A stretch of 64,000 nt of DNA, from contig CAZNMD010000002.1 of NCBI GenBank assembly GCA_964574355.1, positions 16,595-80,594 of the forward strand. The letters run 5' to 3'. Source of the stretch: an uncultured Candidatus Saccharibacteria bacterium (GTDB lineage Bacteria; Patescibacteriota; Minisyncoccia; Phycocordibacterales; DSPV01). The notes beneath the pieces are model-generated. The model had not been told where the DNA came from, did no database searches, and saw only the letters and a list, made by a program, of their open reading frames with translations. The translations under genes were made by a program, and so were the position numbers. This document shows, piece by piece, positions 1 through 9,037 of the stretch (position 1 is its first letter; each line of letters begins with the position of its first letter).

Positions 1-2
1 AT

Positions 3-95
3 ACGTTTCATACCCGAGATGGTTCACTTGCTGCTCATTTTGAGCATACAGTGACTGTTACACAAACTGGTGTTTTGGTACTCACAACACGCTAG
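3..95 (+). CDS. map: methionine aminopeptidase (type I), C-terminal fragment; the gene starts upstream of the window
   Basis: Frame-3 translation ...GSLAAHFEHTVTVTQTGVLVLTTR* matches the conserved MetAP C-terminus (HxEHT..VT..G.E.LT). Confidence 0.5.
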   Translation, partial: TFHTRDGSLAAHFEHTVTVTQTGVLVLTTR

Positions 96-121
96 AGTTT
101 TTCCTGCGCTATAATAAGAGC

Positions 122-2959
122 ATGAACGAACCTGGGAGAGGCTCGCATGAACGACGATTCGAAACAGCTGAAGAAGAGCTGGCTCATTTGCGAGAACGAG
201 TAGGGGAATATGAAAGAGACGCCCTTGAACATGGGCTTTTGTCGCCTGAGCGTGCGGCTCGTGAGGCGGTGCGTGATTATGCAGGGCTTCAACCTGAAAT
301 TGTTTTACATCCCGAACATCAAATCGAGGAAGGTCTCGCTGGTGATATTGCGCTTGGTCTTTTGCCTGAAGAGCACGATAAAAAGGTTGCTGAATTAATT
401 AGTTTGATTCATGAGCGCGGTATAAAAAATACATTGTCTATTGTTGGGAAAATGAACGATCCACATCTTTCCGATGATTTGGAAAGATATCTTGTTCAAT
501 ATATAAAAGCCGGTTTTCCTATTGAAGGTATATCTGAGAAAGATCCTTTGTTTAAGGCCCTTTCGATGACGTTATATGAGATTACGTTGCCGGAATCAAA
601 TGTGAGTGAGAATAGTCGACAAGGTGTTCTGAAAGAGCTTGTTTCGGCTATGGAACATTTTTATTCTGGCATGCTTTCAGTTTCGAACGAGTCGGGTGGG
701 CCAGGCTACTATACGATTGAGCTTGCGGTTGCAAATCATAGTAGTGATTTTGTGTTTTACTCCGCTGTCCCGAATGGGAAGCGTGATCTTTTTGAAAAAC
801 ATATTTTGGCAGCTTTTCCGGATGCTCGGATTGCAGAAAGAAAAGATGATTACAATATTTTTAATGAACAAGGAGAATCATTGGTTTCAGTTGCGTCACT
901 TCAAAAGCGAGCGTTGTTTCCAATAAAAACATATCATTTGTTTGAACACGATCCTCTTTCGGCGATTATGAATGCGTTCTCAAAAATTGATCACGATGGT
1001 GAGGGTGCAGCAATTCAGATTGTGATTAAGCCTTCAGGGCCGGATCGACTTGCTCGTTATAAAAAAATGATCGATGACATTACTAAAGGAGCAAGTGTTG
1101 ATGATGTATTATCTCGACCTGAAACAGTTGGTGAGCACGCGCTCGATTTTGCCAAAGCTTTTGGAAGAGAATTGTTTAGTTTTGCCACTGCAAAGAAAAA
1201 GGTTGAGAAAGTTGAAAAAGATGAGCGTTTAGAAGCAAAAAAACATGAAGAAGCTCTTCGTATGAACCAAGGGGCTCTTGAGATTTTACGAAGAAAGGTT
1301 GAAACGCCACTTGTTGAAACAAATATTCGTCTGATCGCTTCGTCTCATAGTGAGCATGATGCCGCTGAAATTTTAACTGATTTGGAGTCTGCGTTTAATC
1401 AGTTTGAACTTACGGAGGGCAATCGGTTTGTCTTTACTCGTCCAACAAGAGCGACAAAAAATGATATTTTGCACCGTTTCAGCTATCGACTTTTTGTTCC
1501 AGAGCGTTCAGTTCCTCTCTCTTTAGGAGAACTTGGAACGGTGCTTCATTTCCCAAAAACAACAAAGGCAGCTGCTCCTCATTTGAAAGTTGCGAAAGCG
1601 GCAACTGCTCCGGCCCCTGTGGGCTTACCAAGTGATGGCGTATTGCTTGGTATGAATCGTGACCGAGGAGGGGACAGAGAGGTGAGGATGACAGGGGAGG
1701 ATCGATTGAGACACCTTTATGTTATTGGTCAAACAGGTACCGGTAAAACAACACTGCTTAAGCAGATGATTGTTCAGGATATTAAAAATGGTGACGGTGT
1801 GTGTTTTATTGATCCGCACGGTTCCGATATCCAAGATATTTTGGCCAATGTTCCCAAGGAGCGTTATGAGGATGTTATTTATTTTGACCCTGGTTATGTC
1901 GCGCGGCCAATGGCGCTCAATATGCTTGAGTATGATGGTCGCTATCCCGAACAAAAGACATTTGTGGTCAACGAAATGCTTTCAATCTTCAATAAGCTTT
2001 TTGATATGAAAACAGCGGGAGGACCAATGTTTGAGCAGTATTTTCGAAATGCGGCGATGCTTGTTATTGATGATCCAAAAGCAGCAGCGACACTGTTGGA
2101 TTTGTCTCGTGTGTTTTCAGATAAAGAGTTTCGTGCAGAAAAATTAGCTACCTGTACAAATCCGATCGTGGTTCAGTTCTGGAAAGAGATAGCTGAAAAG
2201 GCAGGAGGGGAAGCGTCACTTGCCAATATGGTTCCGTATATCACTTCAAAGTTCGATGGTTTTCTTTCGAATGATATTATGCGACCGATTATTGCTCAGG
2301 CTCACTCATCTTTCAATTTCCGTGAAGTGATGGATAACAAAAAGATTTTACTGGTTAATCTTTCAAAAGGTCGGCTTGGAGATATTAACTCACATCTCAT
2401 TGGTCTTATTTTGGTTGGCAAAATTTTAATGGCGGCACTTTCGCGAGCCGATTCGATGGGGACAAAATTACCAGCTTTCTATTTGTATGTTGATGAGTTT
2501 CAAAATGTGACAACTGATTCAATTGCAACCATTCTTTCTGAAGCTCGAAAATATCGCTTATCGTTGCATATAGCTCATCAGTTTATTGGACAATTGCAGG
2601 ACAATATCAAAAATTCTGTTTTTGGAAACGTTGGTTCGATGGCGGCGTTTCGAGTTGGTGCCGATGATGCAGAATTTTTGGAGCGTCAGTTTGCTCCAGT
2701 TTTTTCAGCAAATGATTTACTCAACGTGGATAATCACAATGCATTTATTCGTATGCTTGTTGATGGAAAGCCGACGCGTCCATTTACCATTGAAACGTTG
2801 CCGCTACCGTCAGGGCGCACAGACCATCTCGATAATCTCAAGGAGCTTTCGTATTTGAAGTTTGGTCGGCAAAGAAGTGAGGTTGAGGCAGAAATTATGG
2901 CTCAGTATAAAAAGACAAGTGTTGTAAAGCCAGTAGTAAGTACAGAGGGAAAAGTTTAA
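122..2959 (+). CDS. large P-loop NTPase, VirD4/TraG/HerA-like (DUF87-type) C-terminal ATPase with a ~500-aa N-terminal domain of unknown function
   Basis: 945-aa ORF. Walker A LYVIGQTGTGKTTLL, followed by DPHGD, and Walker B FYLYVDEFQNV. A C-terminal AFRVGADDAEFL segment resembles TraD/TraG C-terminal regions. The N-terminus is coiled-coil-rich with no recognisable domain. Confidence 0.5.
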   Translation: MNEPGRGSHERRFETAEEELAHLRERVGEYERDALEHGLLSPERAAREAVRDYAGLQPEIVLHPEHQIEEGLAGDIALGLLPEEHDKKVAELISLIHERGIKNTLSIVGKMNDPHLSDDLERYLVQYIKAGFPIEGISEKDPLFKALSMTLYEITLPESNVSENSRQGVLKELVSAMEHFYSGMLSVSNESGGPGYYTIELAVANHSSDFVFYSAVPNGKRDLFEKHILAAFPDARIAERKDDYNIFNEQGESLVSVASLQKRALFPIKTYHLFEHDPLSAIMNAFSKIDHDGEGAAIQIVIKPSGPDRLARYKKMIDDITKGASVDDVLSRPETVGEHALDFAKAFGRELFSFATAKKKVEKVEKDERLEAKKHEEALRMNQGALEILRRKVETPLVETNIRLIASSHSEHDAAEILTDLESAFNQFELTEGNRFVFTRPTRATKNDILHRFSYRLFVPERSVPLSLGELGTVLHFPKTTKAAAPHLKVAKAATAPAPVGLPSDGVLLGMNRDRGGDREVRMTGEDRLRHLYVIGQTGTGKTTLLKQMIVQDIKNGDGVCFIDPHGSDIQDILANVPKERYEDVIYFDPGYVARPMALNMLEYDGRYPEQKTFVVNEMLSIFNKLFDMKTAGGPMFEQYFRNAAMLVIDDPKAAATLLDLSRVFSDKEFRAEKLATCTNPIVVQFWKEIAEKAGGEASLANMVPYITSKFDGFLSNDIMRPIIAQAHSSFNFREVMDNKKILLVNLSKGRLGDINSHLIGLILVGKILMAALSRADSMGTKLPAFYLYVDEFQNVTTDSIATILSEARKYRLSLHIAHQFIGQLQDNIKNSVFGNVGSMAAFRVGADDAEFLERQFAPVFSANDLLNVDNHNAFIRMLVDGKPTRPFTIETLPLPSGRTDHLDNLKELSYLKFGRQRSEVEAEIMAQYKKTSVVKPVVSTEGKV

Positions 2960-2982
2960 GTAGATTCTATAAATAAATTTCT

Positions 2983-3828
2983 ATGTCACCTTTTGAAAAA
3001 ATAAATGAGGAAAACGAAGTTCCTGTTGTCGAGGCTGATACTTCGAGTATAGAAACAATCGAACCTTCTGTAGATTCTAAAGAGCAGGAAGAACCTAATT
3101 ATTCTGTGGAAAGTCCAAAGTCGGTAGAAGTTCACGACGAGCCGGTAGCTGTTTTTTCTGATTCTGACGCTGATCGTTTGTATGCAATTCGAACGGAGCT
3201 TTCTGGTGGTGTAAATATGAACGAAGTGAGAGTTGAAGAGCCGGCACCTGTAAGTGTTTCCGAGAGTGATTCTTCCTCTATAGTTTCTAGTAAAAAATCA
3301 GGAGGAATTGTTAATACGTTGCGTCGATGGATGGGTATTGCTGGTGTTGCTGCGGTTGGTTTTGGGGCAATGTCGGAAAGTCAGGGGCAGTCTCTTCCTG
3401 AACGCGAAACTAAAAAAGAAAGTGTATTGGGAGGCGTGCTTCGTTGGGCTCAGCGAGTTGATGGTGAAATGGCAATTGAAAAAAAGATGTATGGAAACCG
3501 ATGGTCGCCAGGTCCTAATGAGCACACAGAGCTTCGAACCATGAAAGGATATGCTGCAGATGTTGTGGATGTTGTTCATGCTGATCAAAATGGAAATGTG
3601 GTTCGGGTATTACAAAGAGCTGTGCACAGGAAAAATGTTCCTGTTGGTGTCACTGTTGGTATTTCAGGAGGACATGGGCAGGGCAGGATACTTCCGGGTC
3701 AGCGCCGACATGTTCCAACAAATCTCTATCAGGCAAATATGATGAAACAACAAGGAGTGAACATTGGAACTATGGTTCGAAGTAGTACGGGCAAGGTAAC
3801 TATGGAGGTTAAGCCGGTGAAAAAATAA
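2983..3828 (+). CDS. hypothetical protein with an acidic N-terminus and one transmembrane helix
   Basis: 281-aa ORF, 24 nt downstream of the ATPase. Asp/Glu/Ser-rich N-terminus, transmembrane segment WMGIAGVAAVGFGAM, Gly-rich C-terminal part. Confidence 0.55.
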   Translation: MSPFEKINEENEVPVVEADTSSIETIEPSVDSKEQEEPNYSVESPKSVEVHDEPVAVFSDSDADRLYAIRTELSGGVNMNEVRVEEPAPVSVSESDSSSIVSSKKSGGIVNTLRRWMGIAGVAAVGFGAMSESQGQSLPERETKKESVLGGVLRWAQRVDGEMAIEKKMYGNRWSPGPNEHTELRTMKGYAADVVDVVHADQNGNVVRVLQRAVHRKNVPVGVTVGISGGHGQGRILPGQRRHVPTNLYQANMMKQQGVNIGTMVRSSTGKVTMEVKPVKK

Positions 3829-3913
3829 AAATGTAATAGAGTTTGCTTAGTGCCCCCTTTTCCCTTACTATAGAGCCCTGGTAAGGATTTATTCTCATTT
3901 TATTTATATACAA

Positions 3914-4552
3914 ATGGCAACGAAAGCGACAGGTAAAACGGCTGAGAAAAAGCATCATAAGTATGAACGAACGCTTGTTATCATTAAACCTGATGGTGTT
4001 CAGCGGTCTTTGGTTGGCGAAATCATTAAGCGTTTTGAGCGAGTTGGTTTGAAGCTTGTCGGTATGAAAATGGCAGTCCCTTCAAAAGAACATGTTCGAG
4101 CTCATTATTCAATTGATCCAGAATGGAAACGTAAGGTTGGAGAGAAGGCAATCGAGGCTTATGTAAAAAAGGGTCAAAAACCACCATCAACTGACCCAAT
4201 TAAGGTTGGTGATCGTGTTATTGATGCATTGGCAAAATATATCACTTCAGGTCCGGTTGTTATTATGTCGTGGCAAGGTGCACACGTTGTTGAGGTTGTG
4301 CGAAAATTGGTAGGAAGTACAGAGCCTCGAACTTCGGATGTTGGTACTATTCGCGGAGATTTTGTTCTTGATTCATACATGATGGGAGATACTGATGATC
4401 GTGCGGTTCGAAATCTTATTCACGCTTCAGGATCTGTTGAAGAGGCAAGTAAAGAAATTCCTCACTGGTTCTCTGATAAAGAATTGATTGATTACAAACT
4501 TGTACAGGAAGCAATTTTGTACGATGTAAATTTGGATGGAATTCTTGAGTAA
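3914..4552 (+). CDS. ndk: nucleoside diphosphate kinase with a ~45-aa internal insertion
   Basis: LVIIKPDGVQRSLVGEIIKRFERVGLKLVGMKM, SGPVV and HASGSVEEASKEIPHWF motifs. 212 aa versus ~140 aa canonical. Confidence 0.85.
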   Translation: MATKATGKTAEKKHHKYERTLVIIKPDGVQRSLVGEIIKRFERVGLKLVGMKMAVPSKEHVRAHYSIDPEWKRKVGEKAIEAYVKKGQKPPSTDPIKVGDRVIDALAKYITSGPVVIMSWQGAHVVEVVRKLVGSTEPRTSDVGTIRGDFVLDSYMMGDTDDRAVRNLIHASGSVEEASKEIPHWFSDKELIDYKLVQEAILYDVNLDGILE

Positions 4553-4565
4553 TCTATACAATAAA

Positions 4566-4594
4566 AACCACTCCTCAAAGGGAGTGGTTTTTAT
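4566..4594 (+). terminator. rho-independent terminator after ndk
   Basis: CCACTCC-tcaaag-GGAGTGG followed by TTTTT. Confidence 0.7.
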
Positions 4595-4631
4595 ATGTTT
4601 CAATTGCGCACGTTTTTTCTAACACGACAAC

Positions 4632-4659
4632 TTGCATTGCTTTTTCTCAGGTCTATAAT
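4632..4659 (+). promoter_or_regulatory. near-consensus sigma70-type promoter
   Basis: TTGCAT, 16-nt spacer, TATAAT. Confidence 0.55.
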
Positions 4660-4666
4660 TCAAAGA

Positions 4667-4900
4667 GGATTGGTTGGCATTTTCCGACAAATATTTTTTC
4701 AGGGAGTTCGATATCATGTCGCTTTGCTGAGGGTCTTCTTAAGGGCGTATCGCGTATGTGCCTTTGAGTAGACCTTCAAAAGAGCTTACATTGGGAACAC
4801 CCACCTGGCGTCAAGCTAGGGGAATGCCAATCATCCTTCGAGAGCGTCTATTCTTCACTGAATAGGCGCTTTCCTTTTGTGATTAGTAGAGAACAAGCAA
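4667..4900 (+). ncRNA. candidate small RNA or structured 5' leader of unknown class
   Basis: ~230 nt with no plausible ORF downstream of the strong promoter; several hairpins, e.g. GGCATTCCCCTAGC region; 100 nt before the next CDS. Confidence 0.2.
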
Positions 4901-4994
4901 AATGAGAAAGTTCCTTTCTTGCGAGGCTCTCAGTTTCTTGGAGGCTTTGCTTCGGAAATCTTTATTTTTGTACAACCTGCTATAATTCTTCTAC

Positions 4995-5417
4995 ATGCGC
5001 TCACGTTCATTCTTTATTTTAATTTTTTTGTTTGCTGTTTTGTTGGCCACACTTCATTTTGTTGGTTCGCAATTCGAGTTTTATCTTGATTTGTGGTGGT
5101 TTGATATCATGATGCACACATTAGGAGGGGCAATTTCTGGAGGGTTTACACTTATTGTTGCTCGGTGGTTTCGTCCACTCTCGCCAGTTCTTGAGCGGGT
5201 GAGTGGTGCGTATAGTATTGCTATTTTTGGAGCTCTTCTCATTGGTATTTCTTGGGAATTATTTGAAAAATATTATGATCTTATTTATACCCAAAACTAT
5301 CTTTTTGATACGACAATTGATTTGATCATGGATGTTTTTGGGGCCGTTCTTATTGGTCGATATACATTACGTAAGGGTTTTGTAGGAAGAGGTGAATCAT
5401 GGAAAAAAATACGCTAG
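4995..5417 (+). CDS. small integral membrane protein
   Basis: 140 aa with 4 predicted transmembrane helices; overlaps the next gene by 19 nt. Confidence 0.55.
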   Translation: MRSRSFFILIFLFAVLLATLHFVGSQFEFYLDLWWFDIMMHTLGGAISGGFTLIVARWFRPLSPVLERVSGAYSIAIFGALLIGISWELFEKYYDLIYTQNYLFDTTIDLIMDVFGAVLIGRYTLRKGFVGRGESWKKIR

Positions 5418-6769
5418 TTGTGTGGGGTGGGGCAGGAACAGTGACCGGGGCCAATTTTCTTTTGAAGATTGCTGGTAAGCGGATTTTGATTGATTGTGGA
5501 TTGCAACAAGATGGAGCAAATCCAGACGCGGTTAATCATGGAGGTTTTCCTTATGAACCAAGTTCGATTGATTTTCTTTTTGTGACCCACGCTCACATGG
5601 ATCATATCGGCCGAGTGCCCAAATTGGTTAAAGAAGGATATAAAGGAAAAATTATTTCAACTGCCGAAACAAAGGCTCTGTCAACGCTTATGCTCGCTGA
5701 TGCGGCTCGTGTCTTTGCAGATCCACGTCATAAAGAAAAAGGTCCGCCTATGTACCTTTCTTCAGATGTTGATGTGGCATTTAACCAGTGGAACGTATTG
5801 GCATATCACGAAACGTTTCCAATTTCGCACGATCTTTCGGTTCGTTTTTTAGATGCTGGACATATTCTTGGTTCGGCAATGGTTGAATTTACATTTCGTG
5901 GTGAAAAAATGGTTTTCACCGGAGATCTTGGCAACTCTCCCTCTCCTCTTTTGCGCGATACGGAAGCCATAAAAGATGTTCGCTACTTGGTGATGGAAAG
6001 TGTGTATGGTGATAGAAATCACGAGGGGAGAGATGTTCGACAGGCAAAGCTTCACAGTGCAGTTGATGACATTATTGCTCGCAAAGGAACGCTGATTATC
6101 CCATCTTTTTCTTTAGAACGAACACAGGTTATTTTGTCGGAGTTAAATGAGTTGGTAGAGGCGGGCGTTGTAAAACCACTTCCTGTTTTTCTTGACTCGC
6201 CTCTTTCGATAAAAGTTACTGACATATATCGGCACATGCGCGACAACTGGAATGATCGAATGAAAGGACGTATTGCGTCTGGAGACGAACCTTTTGCGTT
6301 TCCTCGCTTGGCGTTTACTCCTACTCGTGACGACTCTCTTCACATTCTTGCTATTAAAGGGCCAAAAATTGTTATTGCTGGATCAGGTATGAGTAATGGC
6401 GGAAGAATTATTCGACATGAAAAGGCATATTTACCGGATAAGAGAAATATTTTATTACTTGTTGGATATCAGTCTCCAGGTACGCTTGGCCGAAAAATTG
6501 CTGATGGTGATAAGAATGTTGAAATTGAAGGTGACGTAATTCCTGTTCGGGCTGAGGTTCGTCAAGTTGAGGGATACTCATCTCATAAGGGATTGGATGA
6601 TTTAGTTGCATTCGTTGAAACATCTGCCGATACGCTTAAAAAAGTGTTCGTGGCGATGGGTGAACCAAAATCTTCTATGTTTCTTGCTCAACGCCTCCAT
6701 GATTATCTAGGGGTTGATGCGATGATGCCCGAAGTAGGGAAGGAATATATATTACAGTTTCCAGAATAA
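5399..6769 (+). CDS. MBL-fold metallo-hydrolase of the beta-CASP ribonuclease type (RNase J / CPSF-like)
   Basis: VTHAHMDHIG metal-binding motif; beta-CASP-like middle and C-terminal parts; 456 aa. Confidence 0.75.
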   Translation: MEKNTLVVWGGAGTVTGANFLLKIAGKRILIDCGLQQDGANPDAVNHGGFPYEPSSIDFLFVTHAHMDHIGRVPKLVKEGYKGKIISTAETKALSTLMLADAARVFADPRHKEKGPPMYLSSDVDVAFNQWNVLAYHETFPISHDLSVRFLDAGHILGSAMVEFTFRGEKMVFTGDLGNSPSPLLRDTEAIKDVRYLVMESVYGDRNHEGRDVRQAKLHSAVDDIIARKGTLIIPSFSLERTQVILSELNELVEAGVVKPLPVFLDSPLSIKVTDIYRHMRDNWNDRMKGRIASGDEPFAFPRLAFTPTRDDSLHILAIKGPKIVIAGSGMSNGGRIIRHEKAYLPDKRNILLLVGYQSPGTLGRKIADGDKNVEIEGDVIPVRAEVRQVEGYSSHKGLDDLVAFVETSADTLKKVFVAMGEPKSSMFLAQRLHDYLGVDAMMPEVGKEYILQFPE

Positions 6770-6817
6770 GAGAGCTCTACTGTGAACCACTTTTAATTCA
6801 GAAGAAAATAACAAACA

Positions 6818-6848
6818 AAAAACTGCCTCAAGGGCAGTTTTTTGTTTG
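6818..6848. terminator. bidirectional terminator between the ribonuclease gene and rplT
   Basis: AAAAAACTGCC-tcaa-GGGCAGTTTTTTG. Confidence 0.7.
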
Positions 6849-7190
6849 TTATTTTGCTTTTGCGACGATTCGGCCAAATATTTCTGGTCGGTTTTTTGCC
6901 ATCTCAGCCAAGACTTTGCGGTTTAATTCAATTTTCTGCTTTTTCAAAGCGCCAATGAATTTGCTGTATGAGAGTTCTGTGCCCAAAGCTGCGTTGATTG
7001 AGGTGTTCCATAGGCGGCGGAAGTCACCTTTTTTGTCGCGTCGATGAGCGAAGGCATAGGCACCTGCATGAGCAAGTGCTTCATATGCTGCACGTTCTTT
7101 CTTTGATCGAGCAAAACGAAAACCTTTCGCTTGTCGAAGGACGTTGCGACGAGTTTTGAGGGCATTAACTGCTTTCTTTACACGGGTCAT
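6849..7190 (-). CDS. rplT: 50S ribosomal protein L20
   Basis: MTRVKKAVNALKTRRNVLRQAKGFRFARSK...RRLWNTSINAA. Confidence 0.9.
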   Translation of the reverse strand: MTRVKKAVNALKTRRNVLRQAKGFRFARSKKERAAYEALAHAGAYAFAHRRDKKGDFRRLWNTSINAALGTELSYSKFIGALKKQKIELNRKVLAEMAKNRPEIFGRIVAKAK

Positions 7191-7219
7191 GTGAGTAAGT
7201 GAGTATTAAAGAGGATTAA

Positions 7220-7408
7220 TTAGGCGATACCAACGAGGAAGCGGCGTTTTTCACGATTTGTAAGCTTCATAGTGGTGGTTCGGCGCTTACTGTACTGTGA
7301 GCGGCGACCTTCTTTTGCGTTGAAATGGTTTTGTCCAGCAACACGTGTCGTGATTTTGCCATTCTTCGAAACTTTGAGTCGTTTTGCGTACGATTTATTT
7401 GTTTTCAT
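7220..7408 (-). CDS. rpmI: 50S ribosomal protein L35
   Basis: 62-aa basic protein MKTNKSYAKRLKVSKNGKI... lying between infC and rplT in the conserved operon order. Confidence 0.8.
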   Translation of the reverse strand: MKTNKSYAKRLKVSKNGKITTRVAGQNHFNAKEGRRSQYSKRRTTTMKLTNREKRRFLVGIA

Positions 7409-7427
7409 AAAGATGAGTAATTTATGT

Positions 7428-7934
7428 TTAGGCTTTTTCTATAATCGTTGAGATGTTTCTTGGTCCCTTTCTTGCTGGGTCTGCGATTTTAAAGGGAACA
7501 GTAAAAAGGTTAACGGCGCGATCGAGGCGGGCTTGTAAGAACTTCGGGTCAAGATATTTTTCTCGGCCTTTAAGGAAGAGATCTACCTTAATCCGGTGTC
7601 CTTCTGAAAGCCAGTCTGAAGCCTCTTTCATTTTTCGTGACAAATCATGGTCGCTTGTACCGATGGTGATTTGCACCTGTTTTATTTCAACAGTCTGTGT
7701 TTTTGCTTTGCTTTGCTTCTGTTTTTTGCTTTCGATGTACTGGTATTTGCCGAAATCCATGATCTTTGCGATCGGTGGAGTAGCATTTGGCGAAATCTCA
7801 ATAAGGTCAAGTCCTGCGTCTTGTGCGGCTCGCAAGGCGTCACCCAAAGAGAGTTCGCCTAGGTTTGTACCATCTGCTCCGATTACTCGAAGAAGTGGTG
7901 CTTTTATCTGATGATTAACCCGTGCTTTAGACAA
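7428..7934 (-). CDS. infC: translation initiation factor IF-3, TTG start
   Basis: INHQIKAPLLRVIGADGTNLGELSLGDALRAAQDAGLDLIEISPNATPPIAKIMDFGKYQY. The first codon is TTG, in keeping with the atypical infC start codons used for autoregulation. Confidence 0.85.
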   Translation of the reverse strand: MSKARVNHQIKAPLLRVIGADGTNLGELSLGDALRAAQDAGLDLIEISPNATPPIAKIMDFGKYQYIESKKQKQSKAKTQTVEIKQVQITIGTSDHDLSRKMKEASDWLSEGHRIKVDLFLKGREKYLDPKFLQARLDRAVNLFTVPFKIADPARKGPRNISTIIEKA

Positions 7935-8000
7935 GATCTAGTTCCTTTTTGTGATAGTAACGCGGAGTTATTTATAGCATATATAGTCTTTCGACGCAAC

Positions 8001-8043
8001 AAAAAGGGCGATAAGAAAAGGGCGGGTCAAAATGTACCCGCCC
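8001..8043 (-). terminator. rho-independent terminator of small ORF P1
   Basis: Minus strand: GGGCGGGT-acatttt-GACCCGCCC followed by TTTTCTTATCGCCCTTTTT. Confidence 0.6.
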
Positions 8044-8051
8044 GTTCCTTT

Positions 8052-8270
8052 TTAGGACCTTACGACCCGATACTGTTGTGCAAAATGTGCGGCTCCACCG
8101 CACAGGATGAAATGCATGATGCAGTCTGTATTAGTTGGTTCCCGGCCTAACTCAACTCCGGTAACCCAACGATTAAAAGGGTCGTGAATAGCTATGTCTG
8201 TTTGTAAACGTAGGTACTCTCTTAGGTTAACTTCTATGGGTGCGGGGGGTTCTGTGTTTTCGGTAGGCAC
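8052..8270 (-). CDS. small hypothetical protein P1 (72 aa), paralog of P2
   Basis: GTG start preceded by AGGAGG with a 6-nt spacer; own terminator; C-terminal ...CIMHFILCGGAAHFAQQ aligns with P2 ...LINHWMTAGGAEMFHQK. Confidence 0.5.
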   Translation of the reverse strand: MPTENTEPPAPIEVNLREYLRLQTDIAIHDPFNRWVTGVELGREPTNTDCIMHFILCGGAAHFAQQYRVVRS

Positions 8271-8340
8271 AGCGCACCTCCTTTCTTTCCATAGTGTATG
8301 CCTCTCTTTTCAAGAGTCAATCTCTATGGTGGATAAATGT

Positions 8341-8382
8341 ATTTTTTTTACAAAAAAACCGAACCAAAAAACGGATTCGGTT
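8341..8382 (-). terminator. terminator of small ORF P2
   Basis: Minus strand: CCGAA...TTCGG hairpin followed by TTTTTTTGTAAAAAAAA. Confidence 0.45.
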
Positions 8383-8396
8383 GTTCTGAATATGGG

Positions 8397-8609
8397 TCAG
8401 ATACATATCTCCCCAGAGCGTATTTTTTGATGAAACATTTCTGCTCCACCAGCTGTCATCCAATGGTTGATGAGTTCAATGTTGCTTACTTCGTGCGCTG
8501 GTTTTTGTAGTGCCCATGCGGTATTTCGTCGATGATCCTCGTCACTAAGAATTGTTCCTAGTTCTCTCTCGGCAAGTCGGTCTCCTGGCATTGAATATTG
8601 GTCACACAC
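8397..8609 (-). CDS. small hypothetical protein P2 (~70 aa from the GTG start), paralog of P1
   Basis: AGGAGG, 6 nt, then GTG, the same arrangement as P1. The ORF track's longer version (to 8699) lacks a ribosome-binding site. Sequence MCDQYSMPGDRLAERELGTILSDEDHRR...NHWMTAGGAEMFHQKIRSGEICI. Confidence 0.45.
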   Translation of the reverse strand: MCDQYSMPGDRLAERELGTILSDEDHRRNTAWALQKPAHEVSNIELINHWMTAGGAEMFHQKIRSGEICI

Positions 8610-8734
8610 AGAACCCCTCCTTGTTTTTGTCTTCTTATAGTGTACGCTTCTTGATTTTATACAACAAGCCACTTGTGAACTGTGGTACATAAATAACACC
8701 GCAGTCAGGATAACCCTGGTGCGGTGTGTTTGGC

Positions 8735-8977
8735 TTATGGATATTCGATCCAGCCATGTTGTCCTTTTGGGGTAAAGTTCACGGTTGCCTGTGGTTCTTC
8801 TGCAAAGCCGATAACATGAGTTCTTCCTCGAAATGTAATGGAGTTATTGGTCTCCATGTGAGAAGATTCGACGATAAAAAGGATTCTAACGTCTCCACTT
8901 CGAAACAGCAGTTTTTTCCTTTGGGGGTCGAACTTCTTTGGACCGCCCGTAAGGGGAAAGCGATCTGTTCGTCTCAT
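8735..8977 (-). CDS. small hypothetical protein P3 (80 aa)
   Basis: ATG preceded by AGGAG; unrelated in sequence to P1/P2; followed by a hairpin. Confidence 0.45.
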   Translation of the reverse strand: MRRTDRFPLTGGPKKFDPQRKKLLFRSGDVRILFIVESSHMETNNSITFRGRTHVIGFAEEPQATVNFTPKGQHGWIEYP

Positions 8978-9037
8978 AATCTCCTATAACCATACTCATC
9001 TTTTTTCTTTTGTCACGTGGTGAGTAAGGTTGTATGT

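Noticed and set aside
4600-4990. tmRNA, RNase P RNA, SRP RNA or 6S RNA in the ndk-downstream non-coding region
   Set aside because: No GGGG...CCACCA tRNA-like ends, no RNase P P4 motifs, no SRP domain-IV GGAA/AGCAG motif. The genuine tmRNA was found elsewhere at 15604-15988.
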